Of a stretch of DNA of 34,967 nt, positions 1 through 9,693 are shown one piece after another (position 1 is the stretch's first letter; every line of letters starts with the position of its first letter). The translations under genes were made by a program, and so were the position numbers. The notes beneath the pieces were generated by a model. That model searched no databases and had not been told where the DNA came from. It was given only the letters and a program-made list of their open reading frames with translations. The DNA is taken from contig JAYODI010000064.1 in NCBI GenBank assembly GCA_038279365.1, positions 1-34,967 of the forward strand. Direction: 5' to 3'. Source of the stretch: Candidatus Latescibacterota bacterium (GTDB taxonomy: Bacteria; Latescibacterota; UBA2968).

Positions 1-101
1 AGGTAGGGCCCTGATGTTATACCTTTGTATTTTAGGCCTTGGCCGCCTAAAAACAAGGACAACGCTTTTATGCGTTGTCCTTGTTTTTTTAAGGTGTTGG
101 T

Positions 102-440
102 CTATTCATTAGTAGATGCACCGTGTTTGTCGAGCAAGGTGGAGAAAGCGACCCGGCTGGCGAGAAAATCCACTTTGCCTTTGGGTGTTTCTTTTGGGAT
201 CCCAGCTTTGTCGAGCAACCTGTCAAGTGTTCGTGCTGTAGTCGATCAACCATAGTAGCAGGTAGCGGCTGATTGTCTTCTCTTCTACCCTTTGTCCAAT
301 ATGCATCCAGGTTCCGTTTCTTGTTCTCAACATTAAGACGGTTCACGGTGAGATTGCGCAATTCTTTTGCCTGAAGACCGGTTAATAACGCGACTTCGAG
401 AGGCATGCGTTCTGTTCGATTGCATACGTTGAGGATGCCG
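102..440 (-). pseudogene. Degenerate tyrosine recombinase/phage integrase fragment
   Basis: The ORF 89..406 frame gives LEVALLTGLQAKELRNL...TKGRREDNQPLP (box I, TGLR changed to TGLQ). After a frameshift/deletion near 240, another frame reads TARTLDRLLDKAGIPKETPKGKVDFLASRVAFSTLLDKHGASTNE* (box II, DFHALR changed to DFLASR), with the stop at 102-104. No N-terminal domain or catalytic Tyr region is visible. Confidence 0.8.
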
Positions 441-608
441 AAACGGGCATCAGTTTGAATCGCCTTGTTAGTTCAATGCTTGGCAAAAATTTCGAAAAAT
501 TTGCAGTTCATAATTAACGGGGAACGCCAAATGACACTTGTTGGCTCCTTGTTATCACCATATCTTTCATCTAAAACCAAGCTGTTTTACTCTATTACGG
601 GATAAGCT

Positions 609-1862
609 ATGTCAAATCAATTTACCGAATCCATCCCCGTCAGCGCAGGCGACAACACGTCAATGGGTGCTGTACATCATCCAGAATCCAAGGCCACTGG
701 CAAAGCACGAATCGCCAGCCCACCTGTCATACAGCACCCACGTGCAAAAAGCTTTGGTGTGAGCATTGCAGTTTCTGGCCTGGCCACAGCATGGGTTGAG
801 TATGGTTTTGCAAAAGATGATCTCAGGTTTACAGCTGTTGCCAGCCATCATGGTTTGGTTGCTGCCGATGACCAAGCTTTGCATATATGCGTAAATCACT
901 GTGATATATTGCCGACGGATCAACCTATTTATTATCGTGTTGTTGTGCAGCCACTCAGCTATGAAGATGCGTATCACTTACAACGAGGCATGCAACAAGC
1001 AACACCGGTATATGCCCTGCGTTTGCCAGATCCAAATGCACAAAACATTCGGGTGATCAGCATCAATGACACCCATGGAAATATCCAGACTGTTTGCAGT
1101 TTGCATGCCCAGATTGAAAAACTAAAGCCTGATTTGCTGATCTGGAATGGGGATACCTGCAAAGATTTCAATGCTGAAGATGCACCGAATCAACTCATGC
1201 TCAATCCGGCGAATGATTTGAAGCAGGCTTGGGCAGCTACTCGCCCATTGATCTTTTCTAATGGCAACCACGATGTGCGTGGGCAACGTGCACGTGAAGC
1301 TGTGAAATGTTTTGTAAGCTGTCCTGAGTCGACAGAACTGCCTTATAACCAAGCCCTTCGTTTTGGTCCACTGGCCTTGGTCACACTTGATACTGGTGAA
1401 GACAAACCGGATCGACATCCCGTGTTTGCGGGCACTGCGGCCTACGAACCCTACCGAGAAAAACAAGCCACTTGGCTGGAAGGGGTTTTGCAACAAGCGG
1501 TGATCAAAGACGCACCATTTAAGGTTGCAACCGCACATATCCCATTGCGTGGGTTAGAAGGTCAGCCAGATGGCACCACACTTGATGATTTTGCGCGCTA
1601 CAGTGGTTTTGGTGCCAAACTTTGGTTGCCGCACCTCAAAGCTGCTGGTTTTGAAGCGGTCATCTCTGGTCATACCCACCGTGCCCGCCACGATACACCA
1701 ACAGCAGAAATGCCTGTGCATCAATTTGTTGGTGGTGGTCCAGATCCGGAACAGGCAACGTTGACTCTTATTGATGCAGCTTTGATTCATGATAAAGCAT
1801 CTATGCAGATCCAGATTATAGATTTGAAAGGCGAAGTGTTGTTTAAACAGAACTTTGTTTAA
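609..1862 (+). CDS. Metallophosphoesterase (calcineurin-like), with purple-acid-phosphatase-like N-terminal beta domain
   Basis: 417-aa ORF with motifs INDTH, WNGD, GNHD, HIP and SGHTH in canonical order. Confidence 0.88.
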   Translation: MSNQFTESIPVSAGDNTSMGAVHHPESKATGKARIASPPVIQHPRAKSFGVSIAVSGLATAWVEYGFAKDDLRFTAVASHHGLVAADDQALHICVNHCDILPTDQPIYYRVVVQPLSYEDAYHLQRGMQQATPVYALRLPDPNAQNIRVISINDTHGNIQTVCSLHAQIEKLKPDLLIWNGDTCKDFNAEDAPNQLMLNPANDLKQAWAATRPLIFSNGNHDVRGQRAREAVKCFVSCPESTELPYNQALRFGPLALVTLDTGEDKPDRHPVFAGTAAYEPYREKQATWLEGVLQQAVIKDAPFKVATAHIPLRGLEGQPDGTTLDDFARYSGFGAKLWLPHLKAAGFEAVISGHTHRARHDTPTAEMPVHQFVGGGPDPEQATLTLIDAALIHDKASMQIQIIDLKGEVLFKQNFV

Positions 1863-1887
1863 ATGTTGCACCTCTACCTAAACTATG

Positions 1888-1926
1888 AAACGCAACCTCG
1901 TATGTTAAATGAGGTTGCGTTTTTTT
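1888..1926. terminator. Intrinsic terminator between convergent phosphoesterase genes
   Basis: 12-bp inverted repeat aaacgcaacctc (1888-1899) / gaggttgcgttt (1911-1922), followed by a T run. Confidence 0.75.
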
Positions 1927-2839
1927 ATTCGTCTACCAAGTCTTGAATATTTATTTCATCGGAACCGATTTCCAATGTGATCTGTTTGGCTCCAGGTGGC
2001 CAGTGTCGGTGGTAACCGGTTTCGCCACTGACGTGGCCATAAACCAGCAGGATGTTGCCATGATATCGCCCCCAATAATTGTTGTCGTGGTCGTGTCCAC
2101 AAAAACAAGCCTTGATATTGCCCTGTTTTAAAAAAGCAGCATATGCACTGCCATCATCTTCTTCAAAGCAAACACGTTCGTGTCCAAATCCCATCTTGGG
2201 TAATGTGGTATCTTGCCAAAGCAGATGATATTCGTGTAAGGGAATATGAAACATGGCAATGGCGGGTATAGATTGGCCATGTGTTTCAGTGCTGGTTTGT
2301 GCCGTTTGGTGAAACCAAGCCAATTGGGGTATTTTGATGGATGCATTGCCTTTTTCTGAGCCAGAGTCAAATGCATAGATTTGCCAGAGGGGTGTTGTTG
2401 TTTCAGGGTTTTTGATATCGACAAGAAAATCGTGTTTAATGGTGCCATCTGCTAATTTGTGAAAACCAACCATGCCCCACTCGGAATCATGTATGACACG
2501 GCGAATGGTTTCGCGCCCAGTATTGCCTTCAGGGTCGTGGTTACCAAAGACATAGATCCAAGGGCGCTCAAGGTCGTCGAAAAATTGAGTCGCAAAGGCC
2601 ACGGTGTATTCGTGGCTTTCTTTTTGCCCAGTAAACAAATCGCCAGTTATGATGATAAATTGAGGATCGTATAGACGCGCCCATTTTTTGATGCGTCTTA
2701 ACGCTTGAAAATCTTTTTTCCAACTGCCTTTGTTGCCAATGTGTAAGTCGGTTACCTGAAGAAATGAGAATGTGTTTTTTTGGGGGTTCAATGTCATTTC
2801 ATAATGGTCTGAATTGAGTCGTCTAATAGATCCCGGCAC
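1925..2839 (-). CDS. Metallophosphoesterase (Dcr2/PAP-like calcineurin family)
   Basis: Motifs TDLH, TGD, FGNHD, FHIPL and CGHDH. GTG start preceded by GAGGAG. Confidence 0.9.
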   Translation of the reverse strand: MPGSIRRLNSDHYEMTLNPQKNTFSFLQVTDLHIGNKGSWKKDFQALRRIKKWARLYDPQFIIITGDLFTGQKESHEYTVAFATQFFDDLERPWIYVFGNHDPEGNTGRETIRRVIHDSEWGMVGFHKLADGTIKHDFLVDIKNPETTTPLWQIYAFDSGSEKGNASIKIPQLAWFHQTAQTSTETHGQSIPAIAMFHIPLHEYHLLWQDTTLPKMGFGHERVCFEEDDGSAYAAFLKQGNIKACFCGHDHDNNYWGRYHGNILLVYGHVSGETGYHRHWPPGAKQITLEIGSDEINIQDLVDE

Positions 2840-3158
2840 GGGAAACTCCTCTCATAAAAAATTCAAGATTCATAAAATCATACGCGGTTTTGCGACAAGA
2901 TTTGGCTTTTGTGCATAGAACGACACAAAAGCGTGTTTGAGCACTGGTTTATTGATGTGATTTAAAAATATAATTGGAAAATCTAAATGCAAGGTAATTG
3001 GTTGATAATACTTGCTTTTAGAGTATTTAGATTTGATTTCATGATAGAAACTTTAGGTAAAAATTATAAGATTTTAAGGTCTTGGAATTGGATTTGCTTT
3101 TTGTGGATAATAGAACTGTAAAATGTGTAAAATTGGTTTTTGATGGGAGGTAATTGGG

Positions 3159-3422
3159 ATGATTTGGAGGACTTCGCGTGAATGGCACCCTACAATTATT
3201 AATGAAAAAGTGTCAAAAGTTGGGCATCTTGAAAATGGATTGGTGTATTTGATTCGCATTTTTGATCAAGAGGGCACCTGGACGGTAGAAATGTCGAATC
3301 TTTCGATACACTCACAAGAAACAAAACACAGCTATATCTTTTCAAAGAGCTTCGATATTGATCAGGTTATTTCTGAATCTGAGCATATGTATAGCAATTT
3401 CATTTTTGGCATGAGAAATTAG
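3159..3422 (+). CDS. Small hypothetical protein (87 aa)
   Basis: GGGAGG Shine-Dalgarno upstream. The ORF stays open in AT-rich DNA and ends 3 nt before the next gene. No family recognised. Confidence 0.6.
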   Translation: MIWRTSREWHPTIINEKVSKVGHLENGLVYLIRIFDQEGTWTVEMSNLSIHSQETKHSYIFSKSFDIDQVISESEHMYSNFIFGMRN

Positions 3423-3425
3423 GTT

Positions 3426-3839
3426 ATGGCACGTATTATGGTGGTGGATGACGAGATAGAGATACAGATATTTTTGCAGGACACATTTCAACAACTTGGC
3501 TATGAAGTCATTTTGGCAGAAAATGGCAAAAAAGCAGTTCAGTACTATAGAGAATATGCTATTGATCTTGTCATTATGGATCTTTTTATGCCCGAAAAGG
3601 AAGGTTTGAGGGCTATTGTAGAACTTCAACTGGAAGATCCTGCCATTCAAATTATCGTGATTTCTGGCGGTGGAAAAATGGGCCGAACAGATATGTTGGC
3701 TTTGATGAAAGATTTTGGTGTGCCATATGCATTTGCAAAACCATTTCGGGTGCTGGAGTTGGTTCGTGCGGTAAATACGTTATTAACTGTAGATGATCAG
3801 ACTCCTCAAACGTACGCACTTTATCAAACGCTTAGATGA
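3426..3839 (+). CDS. Single-domain response regulator (CheY-like receiver)
   Basis: VVDDE, phosphoacceptor IMDLFMP, ISG and KPF motifs; no output domain. Confidence 0.92.
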   Translation: MARIMVVDDEIEIQIFLQDTFQQLGYEVILAENGKKAVQYYREYAIDLVIMDLFMPEKEGLRAIVELQLEDPAIQIIVISGGGKMGRTDMLALMKDFGVPYAFAKPFRVLELVRAVNTLLTVDDQTPQTYALYQTLR

Positions 3840-3920
3840 TTTTATAGGAAACGGTTATGATCTGGTTTTCTAAAGCATGATTGAGATCTCATGAAGCGTT
3901 CCATATTTTTTGGCATAAAC

Positions 3921-3951
3921 AGGCCCAACACATGTGGTTGAGGCCTATTTT
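3921..3951. terminator. Possible terminator hairpin between convergent genes
   Basis: aggcccaac / gttg(a)ggcct stem with a one-base bulge, followed by atttt. Confidence 0.45.
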
Positions 3952-4738
3952 ATTGGATGTGGGGTGGATATAAGGGTGGAATGGGTTCCAGTATTTCGCG
4001 CTGAGTGGGGGTTACTCGTGCCAATACTTCGGGAGAGGGTTTGTGCCCGTAGCGTGAATGTGCCCAATGTGGGCCGTATCGATAGATAACAATACGGCGT
4101 TCGCCAGGATTTATTCGCTCGGCTGATCCGTGAGACATGCAATCTACAAAGAGTATGGCATCCCCTGCTTCCAGGTGTACTTCAATTGCGCCCGCGACAT
4201 GGTCTAATGATCGCGGGCGATTTTGTTCGTCGAGGTAGGCGGGGTGGATGAGGTTGGCTTTGTGGCTGCCTGGAATGACCATTGTGGCACCATCACCAGG
4301 ACCGATGTCAGTAAGGGCAAGGAGTGCATTAATTTGCCCACAACGAAATTGGCCATCACGAAATCGATATTGGGTGCGCTGGGTGCCGTGATGGCCGCCA
4401 TTGTGCATACCCGTTTTGCCACCTTGGCCACGCACATTAACAAATGCCTCGTCGATGAAGAGTTTGCCATTGCCAGATGAACACCACTTGCGCATATGAT
4501 CAATCCAAGATGGATGATCAAGAAGTTTTTCATACGGTTCGCCCATTTCATAAAGGCAGTGAATTTCGTGTTCTTTGTATCTGTGAACCCACCCTCGCCA
4601 TTCACCTGTCTTCATGGATGTATAAGGGTCAAGGGTTTCGTTGAGGATTTGGACATCTTTCTTACTTACGGCATTGCGTAAGATGACATACCCTTGTAGA
4701 TCAAAAAAGTAATTTTCCAAATGTGTCGGTTCTGGCAT
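3950..4738 (-). CDS. Phytanoyl-CoA dioxygenase (PhyH) family Fe(II)/2-oxoglutarate-dependent enzyme
   Basis: FDLQGYVILRNA, ALTDIGPGDGATMVIPGSHK, AGDAILF...HGS...ERR. Start placed at 4738 (GGAG upstream); the ORF track extends to 4765. Confidence 0.88.
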   Translation of the reverse strand: MPEPTHLENYFFDLQGYVILRNAVSKKDVQILNETLDPYTSMKTGEWRGWVHRYKEHEIHCLYEMGEPYEKLLDHPSWIDHMRKWCSSGNGKLFIDEAFVNVRGQGGKTGMHNGGHHGTQRTQYRFRDGQFRCGQINALLALTDIGPGDGATMVIPGSHKANLIHPAYLDEQNRPRSLDHVAGAIEVHLEAGDAILFVDCMSHGSAERINPGERRIVIYRYGPHWAHSRYGHKPSPEVLARVTPTQREILEPIPPLYPPHIQ

Positions 4739-4766
4739 GGACATCTCCAAAGTTTGGCATTGCATT

Positions 4767-5234
4767 TTAGATTTTTGGGGTCAAGTGATTAAATAGATCT
4801 ATTAAAAAAGCTTCGTCTTCATCACTCATGACCATGAGGACTTGTGTCCAGCCAATTTCTTGGTTGTTGACCCAAAATGCGGGACCAGGATTGCTGCCTT
4901 TGTAACATGGATGGCTGAAACGGTGTTCGGCTTTTAAATGCGTAATCTCTTTGAGTGGCAGATGACCTGATTTTGGAAGGGCCATAAACCCATTTTGTAA
5001 TCGGTAGTGAAGCGCATTATGGGTGATTACGAAGCCCAGTGTGATAAAACCGAGGATGACATAAATGGCGCCCAGCTTTATGGTTTCTTGTTGGGGAACA
5101 TAAGATTTGAATTTTTTGAGTGTTTTTACAGATAAATTTTGAGGTGGTTTGTCTGGGGTGAAAATTTTTTCGGTATTGGGATACTTTTTTAAAAGGGTTT
5201 GAATGGTGTGATCAAGATTTTCGATTGTAATCAT
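4767..5234 (-). CDS. Hypothetical protein (155 aa, one hydrophobic segment)
   Basis: Fills the gap between co-oriented genes; no motif recognised. Confidence 0.7.
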   Translation of the reverse strand: MITIENLDHTIQTLLKKYPNTEKIFTPDKPPQNLSVKTLKKFKSYVPQQETIKLGAIYVILGFITLGFVITHNALHYRLQNGFMALPKSGHLPLKEITHLKAEHRFSHPCYKGSNPGPAFWVNNQEIGWTQVLMVMSDEDEAFLIDLFNHLTPKI

Positions 5235-5270
5235 ATCCGTTCTACCAGATGAAAGATGGTGACATATGGG

Positions 5271-6962
5271 TTATGCTATTGTAAACGTTTTCGACGTGGG
5301 TGTTAAGAATGGAATGTAGACATATTGGTGTGTGTGTGGTTCATCGGGTGGCCAGTAAAAACCTGTGGGTGCGAGAAAGGGATGCCATTGATGGGCGTTA
5401 TTACCTGGGCCAAATGTAAGGGTGTTGTTTTGATGGGTATATGATCCGATGCCTGATGCGAGAAAGTGGATGTTGTTCATTTGATCTTGTGCAGAGATGA
5501 CATTGTTTAAGGTGCCTATATTGGGAAAGGCAAATTCGATTGCAATGGGAACACCTATGGGACCATTGGCCTGTAGGTCTATTTCAAAAATTTCTTCACG
5601 TTGTTTGATGGTGACGTGAAATGCAAGCGATTGGACATTGGCACGATCTCTAAGTGGGAAGTTCATGCAACTGTAATAACGGTCTTCGGCAGAAGTGAGG
5701 TCATATTGACCTTGTGTGTGATGGTGTTTTGGATCGAGGGGTTGAAAATAGGATACCGTCATAGTTTGGCTAAATTGATAGATGTTGTTGTTGCGGGTTA
5801 TATTGGATGCTTGCATATAACCACAGGAGAAATACATGGGGGCGATGCGCACAGAACACAGGTGTGCATCGCCTTTTTGTAGGCGAAAGAAAGTGGGGTT
5901 GCGTGCCAAACCCGAAATGGGGGGGCCAAAACCATCACATCCTGCAAAAATTGTGGCGTCTGTGTTTTGGGTTCGGATGCGTGCAATGCCAGAGTGTTTG
6001 TGAAAGATGTGATAGGTGTTTGGTAGGGGTTTGGGTTCGGGAGTATTTTGTGTGAAAATGGGTTCCTCAAGTAAACGAATAAGTGTTGTAGGAGTGAGGT
6101 GTACTGAGGTTTGTTCGAGTGCCTGAACCTGTGCTGTAAATAGACCGTTTTTATCGTGAATGGCCATAAAGCGATAGTCTAAGTACCAGCGATTACCAGT
6201 GGGATTTTGGTGTTGATCTTGGCGGCGAGACGCGGTGGTTTCAATGGTACCATCGAGGCGGAAAAAGTAAATCATAGCCGATAAACATTTGCGTACGGGT
6301 TCTAGTAGTTCGGGACGATTAAGCAACGTGGATATGCGAATGAGTGCATCGGTGGTGACATGGGCATACGTGGCCGTACTGCGTTCGGAAACGTGTCCGT
6401 CGGGGTCGATGTCAATGCCTTCTGCCAACCATTGATCAATGCGAGATAAGTAACGGGGATCGTTGAAGAAATGGTAGAGATAAGAAAGTGCTGAACACAC
6501 AACCCATCGATGGTTGGGTGTATGAATGCCACCTGTGATGAGAGGTTCGCCGATCCGTTTGAGAAATTGCTCAATATGTGTGATGGTCTCTGTTTGTTTT
6601 GGCGCATGGTGTTTGAGTGCACGCAATGCCGAACCCATGGGTGGCACAACAAAAGCGGTATCGGGTGGGGATGCAAAGTTGCCGCTGTTGAGCGTGCCGT
6701 CTGGGTTGCAGGCGTTGGTAAGCAAGTCTACGAGATGATGGATGGTTTGAAGAAGAATGGGTGATTGATGGTATTGGGATGTTGGGCTGATGAAACTGCC
6801 AATGAGTGTTTCGATATAAGCGGCAAAGCGACGGCCTGAGAATGAGACGGGTAAGGGATCGTTGTTTGGAAATTTTTCTTGTGAAACTGTGGATAAGATG
6901 TCTTCTGTTTTGCGATCACTGGTGGGTGTGATTTGTTGGATGAGTTTGTTAGATGATTGCAT
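5271..6962 (-). CDS. Conserved hypothetical protein, possibly heparinase II/III-like (helical toroid + beta-sandwich) fold
   Basis: Long ORF with GGIHTPNHRW, DGHVSERSTATY and SRRQD motifs, a helical N-half and a beta-rich C-half (HSGIARIR). Start uncertain (6962 or 6992). The coding call is firm; the fold is tentative. Confidence 0.65.
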   Translation of the reverse strand: MQSSNKLIQQITPTSDRKTEDILSTVSQEKFPNNDPLPVSFSGRRFAAYIETLIGSFISPTSQYHQSPILLQTIHHLVDLLTNACNPDGTLNSGNFASPPDTAFVVPPMGSALRALKHHAPKQTETITHIEQFLKRIGEPLITGGIHTPNHRWVVCSALSYLYHFFNDPRYLSRIDQWLAEGIDIDPDGHVSERSTATYAHVTTDALIRISTLLNRPELLEPVRKCLSAMIYFFRLDGTIETTASRRQDQHQNPTGNRWYLDYRFMAIHDKNGLFTAQVQALEQTSVHLTPTTLIRLLEEPIFTQNTPEPKPLPNTYHIFHKHSGIARIRTQNTDATIFAGCDGFGPPISGLARNPTFFRLQKGDAHLCSVRIAPMYFSCGYMQASNITRNNNIYQFSQTMTVSYFQPLDPKHHHTQGQYDLTSAEDRYYSCMNFPLRDRANVQSLAFHVTIKQREEIFEIDLQANGPIGVPIAIEFAFPNIGTLNNVISAQDQMNNIHFLASGIGSYTHQNNTLTFGPGNNAHQWHPFLAPTGFYWPPDEPHTHQYVYIPFLTPTSKTFTIA

Positions 6963-7011
6963 AAAGAGACCTATTTTGATGATTGTATGCATAAAAGATT
7001 TTTTTTAACAT

Positions 7012-7046
7012 ATAAAAAGCCGATGTAGATTACATCGGCTTTTTAT
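7012..7046. terminator. Rho-independent terminator (bidirectional form) after the CehA/McbA gene
   Basis: Perfect 16-bp inverted repeat ataaaaagccgatgta-gat-tacatcggctttttat. Confidence 0.88.
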
Positions 7047-7063
7047 GTACAAAAAACTGTTTT

Positions 7064-8506
7064 TTAAACCAACTTAGCGTAAACTTCGCGACCTTTGCGA
7101 AAGAGTTCTTTGACATCTTCACGTTGTTGATCGTTGTTGTAGCGACCGTAATCATCAATCCAAGAGAGCGATTCTTCTATGGCATTGAGGAAGTAATGGG
7201 CGGCATCGGATTGCTGGGCAGATTGTTTGCCACATGTAAAATAAATGGGGCTTGCGTGGGCATAAATAGATTGGTCAAAGCTGTCGCGCTGATCACCCCA
7301 TAGACGTGCGGCAACCCAACCATTGCGTTTGACTTGGGTTTGGTGGCGCACAACCCCTTCGCGCTTGCCTTGGGGGTAGGATTCGGTGTGAATGACTGAT
7401 CCGTTTTGCACAATTTCAACGCGGTGCACAGGGTAAAAAGAAGTGAACGTGCTTTCAATATCCAGCTTTCCGCCCCCTTCAAGATCAAGCGTGCTGCCCA
7501 TGGGTTGGTCGTTGACGGTGAGGTTGATGGCTGGACCGTTGGTTATAAATGTGTTACCAGCTTTCATGCCGTTGATCCAACTCTCATAAGAGAAATCGTC
7601 TTGTGTATTGACATAGACGCGGTTGTTTGAGCAAACAAACCAATCGGTGCCTGTGGAGGCGGGCAAGTGAATACCACAATTGAGCAATTTGTACCAAATG
7701 TCGTATTCGGGATCTATCCAAAAAGGGTCGAAAAGATTAAATGCATCGAGTTTGCCGAGGCCTGCTGCGATGGGTGCTTCCATGCCACGTCCATTGTGAC
7801 ACCAAATGACAATACCACCTTGTTCGCGAGCTTCATCGCAGCAAAAACACAGAGGCGGATAATCGGGGTCGAATTGGGCCGTGAGAATGTGTCCACGGCT
7901 AACAGGTTGTACGAGGTTACGAATTTTGAGAAACATAACATGTCCATAACCAAATCCCCAAGGTGAGTTTGTACCGTAGTGTCGGTTCTCTTCACCAATA
8001 TCGAGCACGTGATGTGCCGTGGTAAATTGGTTCATGACACCAATGGGATATTTGTTGCTGGCATAGGGCAGTTGACGTCGATCGAGTACGCTAACAACTG
8101 TGACATTGTAGCCTTCAACAGAACAGTCGATGGCGAGGCGATCATCGGGGCGAAGTTCTTTTTCGTCGTAGTGAATGTGGGTATTGCCAGGATACCAATT
8201 TTGCTCTTGTGGATAGTACCAGCGCTTGAGCATAATTTCAACATCTTTGGCACCTTTTTCGGGCATATCCACCACCACACGTGCAGGCTCGTACTCGGTG
8301 CCTCGCTCAACAAGAATATCTGTACGACCCCGTGATGCATGCACTTCGAATTCACCATCACAAAAGAAAAAGGATGTGCCAGGGCCACGTTTGAGCATGG
8401 CGTCTTTGGGGTGCGAAAATTTACCTGAGGAATTGAGCACGTGAACTTTGGCGTCAATTTTTTCACCCGTTTTCGCATCAATAATGGTGCCGTGCAAAAT
8501 GCCCAT
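7064..8506 (-). CDS. CehA/McbA family (PHP-like) metallohydrolase
   Basis: N-terminal beta domain (VERGTEYEP), WYPGNTHIH, EENRH...GHV, WYKLLNCG...ASTGTD, RVYV, GNTFITNGP and AHASPIY. Confidence 0.85.
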   Translation of the reverse strand: MGILHGTIIDAKTGEKIDAKVHVLNSSGKFSHPKDAMLKRGPGTSFFFCDGEFEVHASRGRTDILVERGTEYEPARVVVDMPEKGAKDVEIMLKRWYYPQEQNWYPGNTHIHYDEKELRPDDRLAIDCSVEGYNVTVVSVLDRRQLPYASNKYPIGVMNQFTTAHHVLDIGEENRHYGTNSPWGFGYGHVMFLKIRNLVQPVSRGHILTAQFDPDYPPLCFCCDEAREQGGIVIWCHNGRGMEAPIAAGLGKLDAFNLFDPFWIDPEYDIWYKLLNCGIHLPASTGTDWFVCSNNRVYVNTQDDFSYESWINGMKAGNTFITNGPAINLTVNDQPMGSTLDLEGGGKLDIESTFTSFYPVHRVEIVQNGSVIHTESYPQGKREGVVRHQTQVKRNGWVAARLWGDQRDSFDQSIYAHASPIYFTCGKQSAQQSDAAHYFLNAIEESLSWIDDYGRYNNDQQREDVKELFRKGREVYAKLV

Positions 8507-8578
8507 AGCCTGATCCTTTGGAAAGAGACGAAACGATTTTGTAAATGAGATACAATAGAAATATTAAAATTGAGAAAC

Positions 8579-9664
8579 TTATTGAGGGAGTGTTATCGTT
8601 ACTGTGGTACCTGTTTCTTTATTAGACACAACAGAAATTTTACCATTGTGCATTTTAACGGTTTGGTAGGCATAGGTCGTACCAATGCCAATGGCACCAG
8701 ATTTATTTCTTGAGTTGAATTTGTGAAAAAAAGTTTCACAAAATTTAGTAGGTATTTCTTGGCCTTGGTTGTTGATTTTAATTTCTACATTTTGACCCAA
8801 TTGACGGGCTGTAATGACAATGTTTTTTTGTGTTGAATCTTCTAAATGGCAAACATGTTCATAGGCATTTTTAATAAGATGGGTTAACGCATTTTGAAGT
8901 ATTTCCTGATCTGCTTGAATCAATAATGTGGGTGGCAGGTGACAGGTTGACGTTGTGTTGTCTAATTGTAAATTTTTGGCAAGCTGTGTGAGTGTGGGAA
9001 CCAGATCAAAGGTATCTATTTGAATGGGAACATCGCCATTTTCCAAATCTTGTAATTGTTTGAGTTTGTCTATAAAATTTAAAAACTTTTGTGTGCCCTC
9101 GTGAATATACCCTATATACTCGGCATCTGTTTTGGTGAGGTTATTTTTATACTTCAGTATTTCGGTATATCCTTGAATGGGTGTGAGCAAGTTTTTAAGC
9201 TCGTGTCTTAAGAATCTTTCTTGTTCACGTTTGAGTCTTATATTTTCTTCTACTTGGTGTTTGAGTTCATCGTATAAAAAGTGATTTCGCAAATGTGCCC
9301 GCATGCGACTCAAAAGTTCTGTTGCTTCAAAAGGGTAGGTGACATAATCAACGGCACCTGCTTCAAAACTTTTTATGATGTCTTCTTTTTTGTTGCTTGC
9401 CGTAATCATGATCACAGGAATTTCTTCGGTATCTTTATGTGCTTTTAATTCTTTACACGTGTCAAAACCGTTGAGATTGGGCATGCGGATGTCGAGAAGA
9501 ATAAGATCGATCTTTTGTGTTTCTATAAATTTTAAAACCTTTGATCCATCACCAACAGCGTGTATGTGAAAACCTTCTCTGTCTAAAAGTGCTTCTAAAA
9601 TTTGGATATTTTGTGGCTGATCATCAACAATGAGTATGTTTATTTGTTTGGTTTTCAGATCCAT
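8579..9664 (-). CDS. Hybrid receiver-histidine kinase (REC-HisKA-HATPase), cytoplasmic
   Basis: ILIVDD, LLDIRMP, H-box LRHELKN, N-box HLIKNAYE, atypical G boxes NNQGQEIP / GAIGIG. Start at 9664 after GGAG; the ORF track starts at 9715. Confidence 0.9.
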   Translation of the reverse strand: MDLKTKQINILIVDDQPQNIQILEALLDREGFHIHAVGDGSKVLKFIETQKIDLILLDIRMPNLNGFDTCKELKAHKDTEEIPVIMITASNKKEDIIKSFEAGAVDYVTYPFEATELLSRMRAHLRNHFLYDELKHQVEENIRLKREQERFLRHELKNLLTPIQGYTEILKYKNNLTKTDAEYIGYIHEGTQKFLNFIDKLKQLQDLENGDVPIQIDTFDLVPTLTQLAKNLQLDNTTSTCHLPPTLLIQADQEILQNALTHLIKNAYEHVCHLEDSTQKNIVITARQLGQNVEIKINNQGQEIPTKFCETFFHKFNSRNKSGAIGIGTTYAYQTVKMHNGKISVVSNKETGTTVTITLPQ

Positions 9665-9693
9665 TACGGTCTCCGAATGGTCAATGGCGATTT

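Noticed and set aside
89-406. Functional integrase, prophage or integron
   Set aside because: Catalytic residues are substituted and the gene is frameshifted and truncated. No phage genes or attC array are visible.
7064-8506. Carbaryl hydrolase function
   Set aside because: Family-level motifs only; substrate cannot be inferred.
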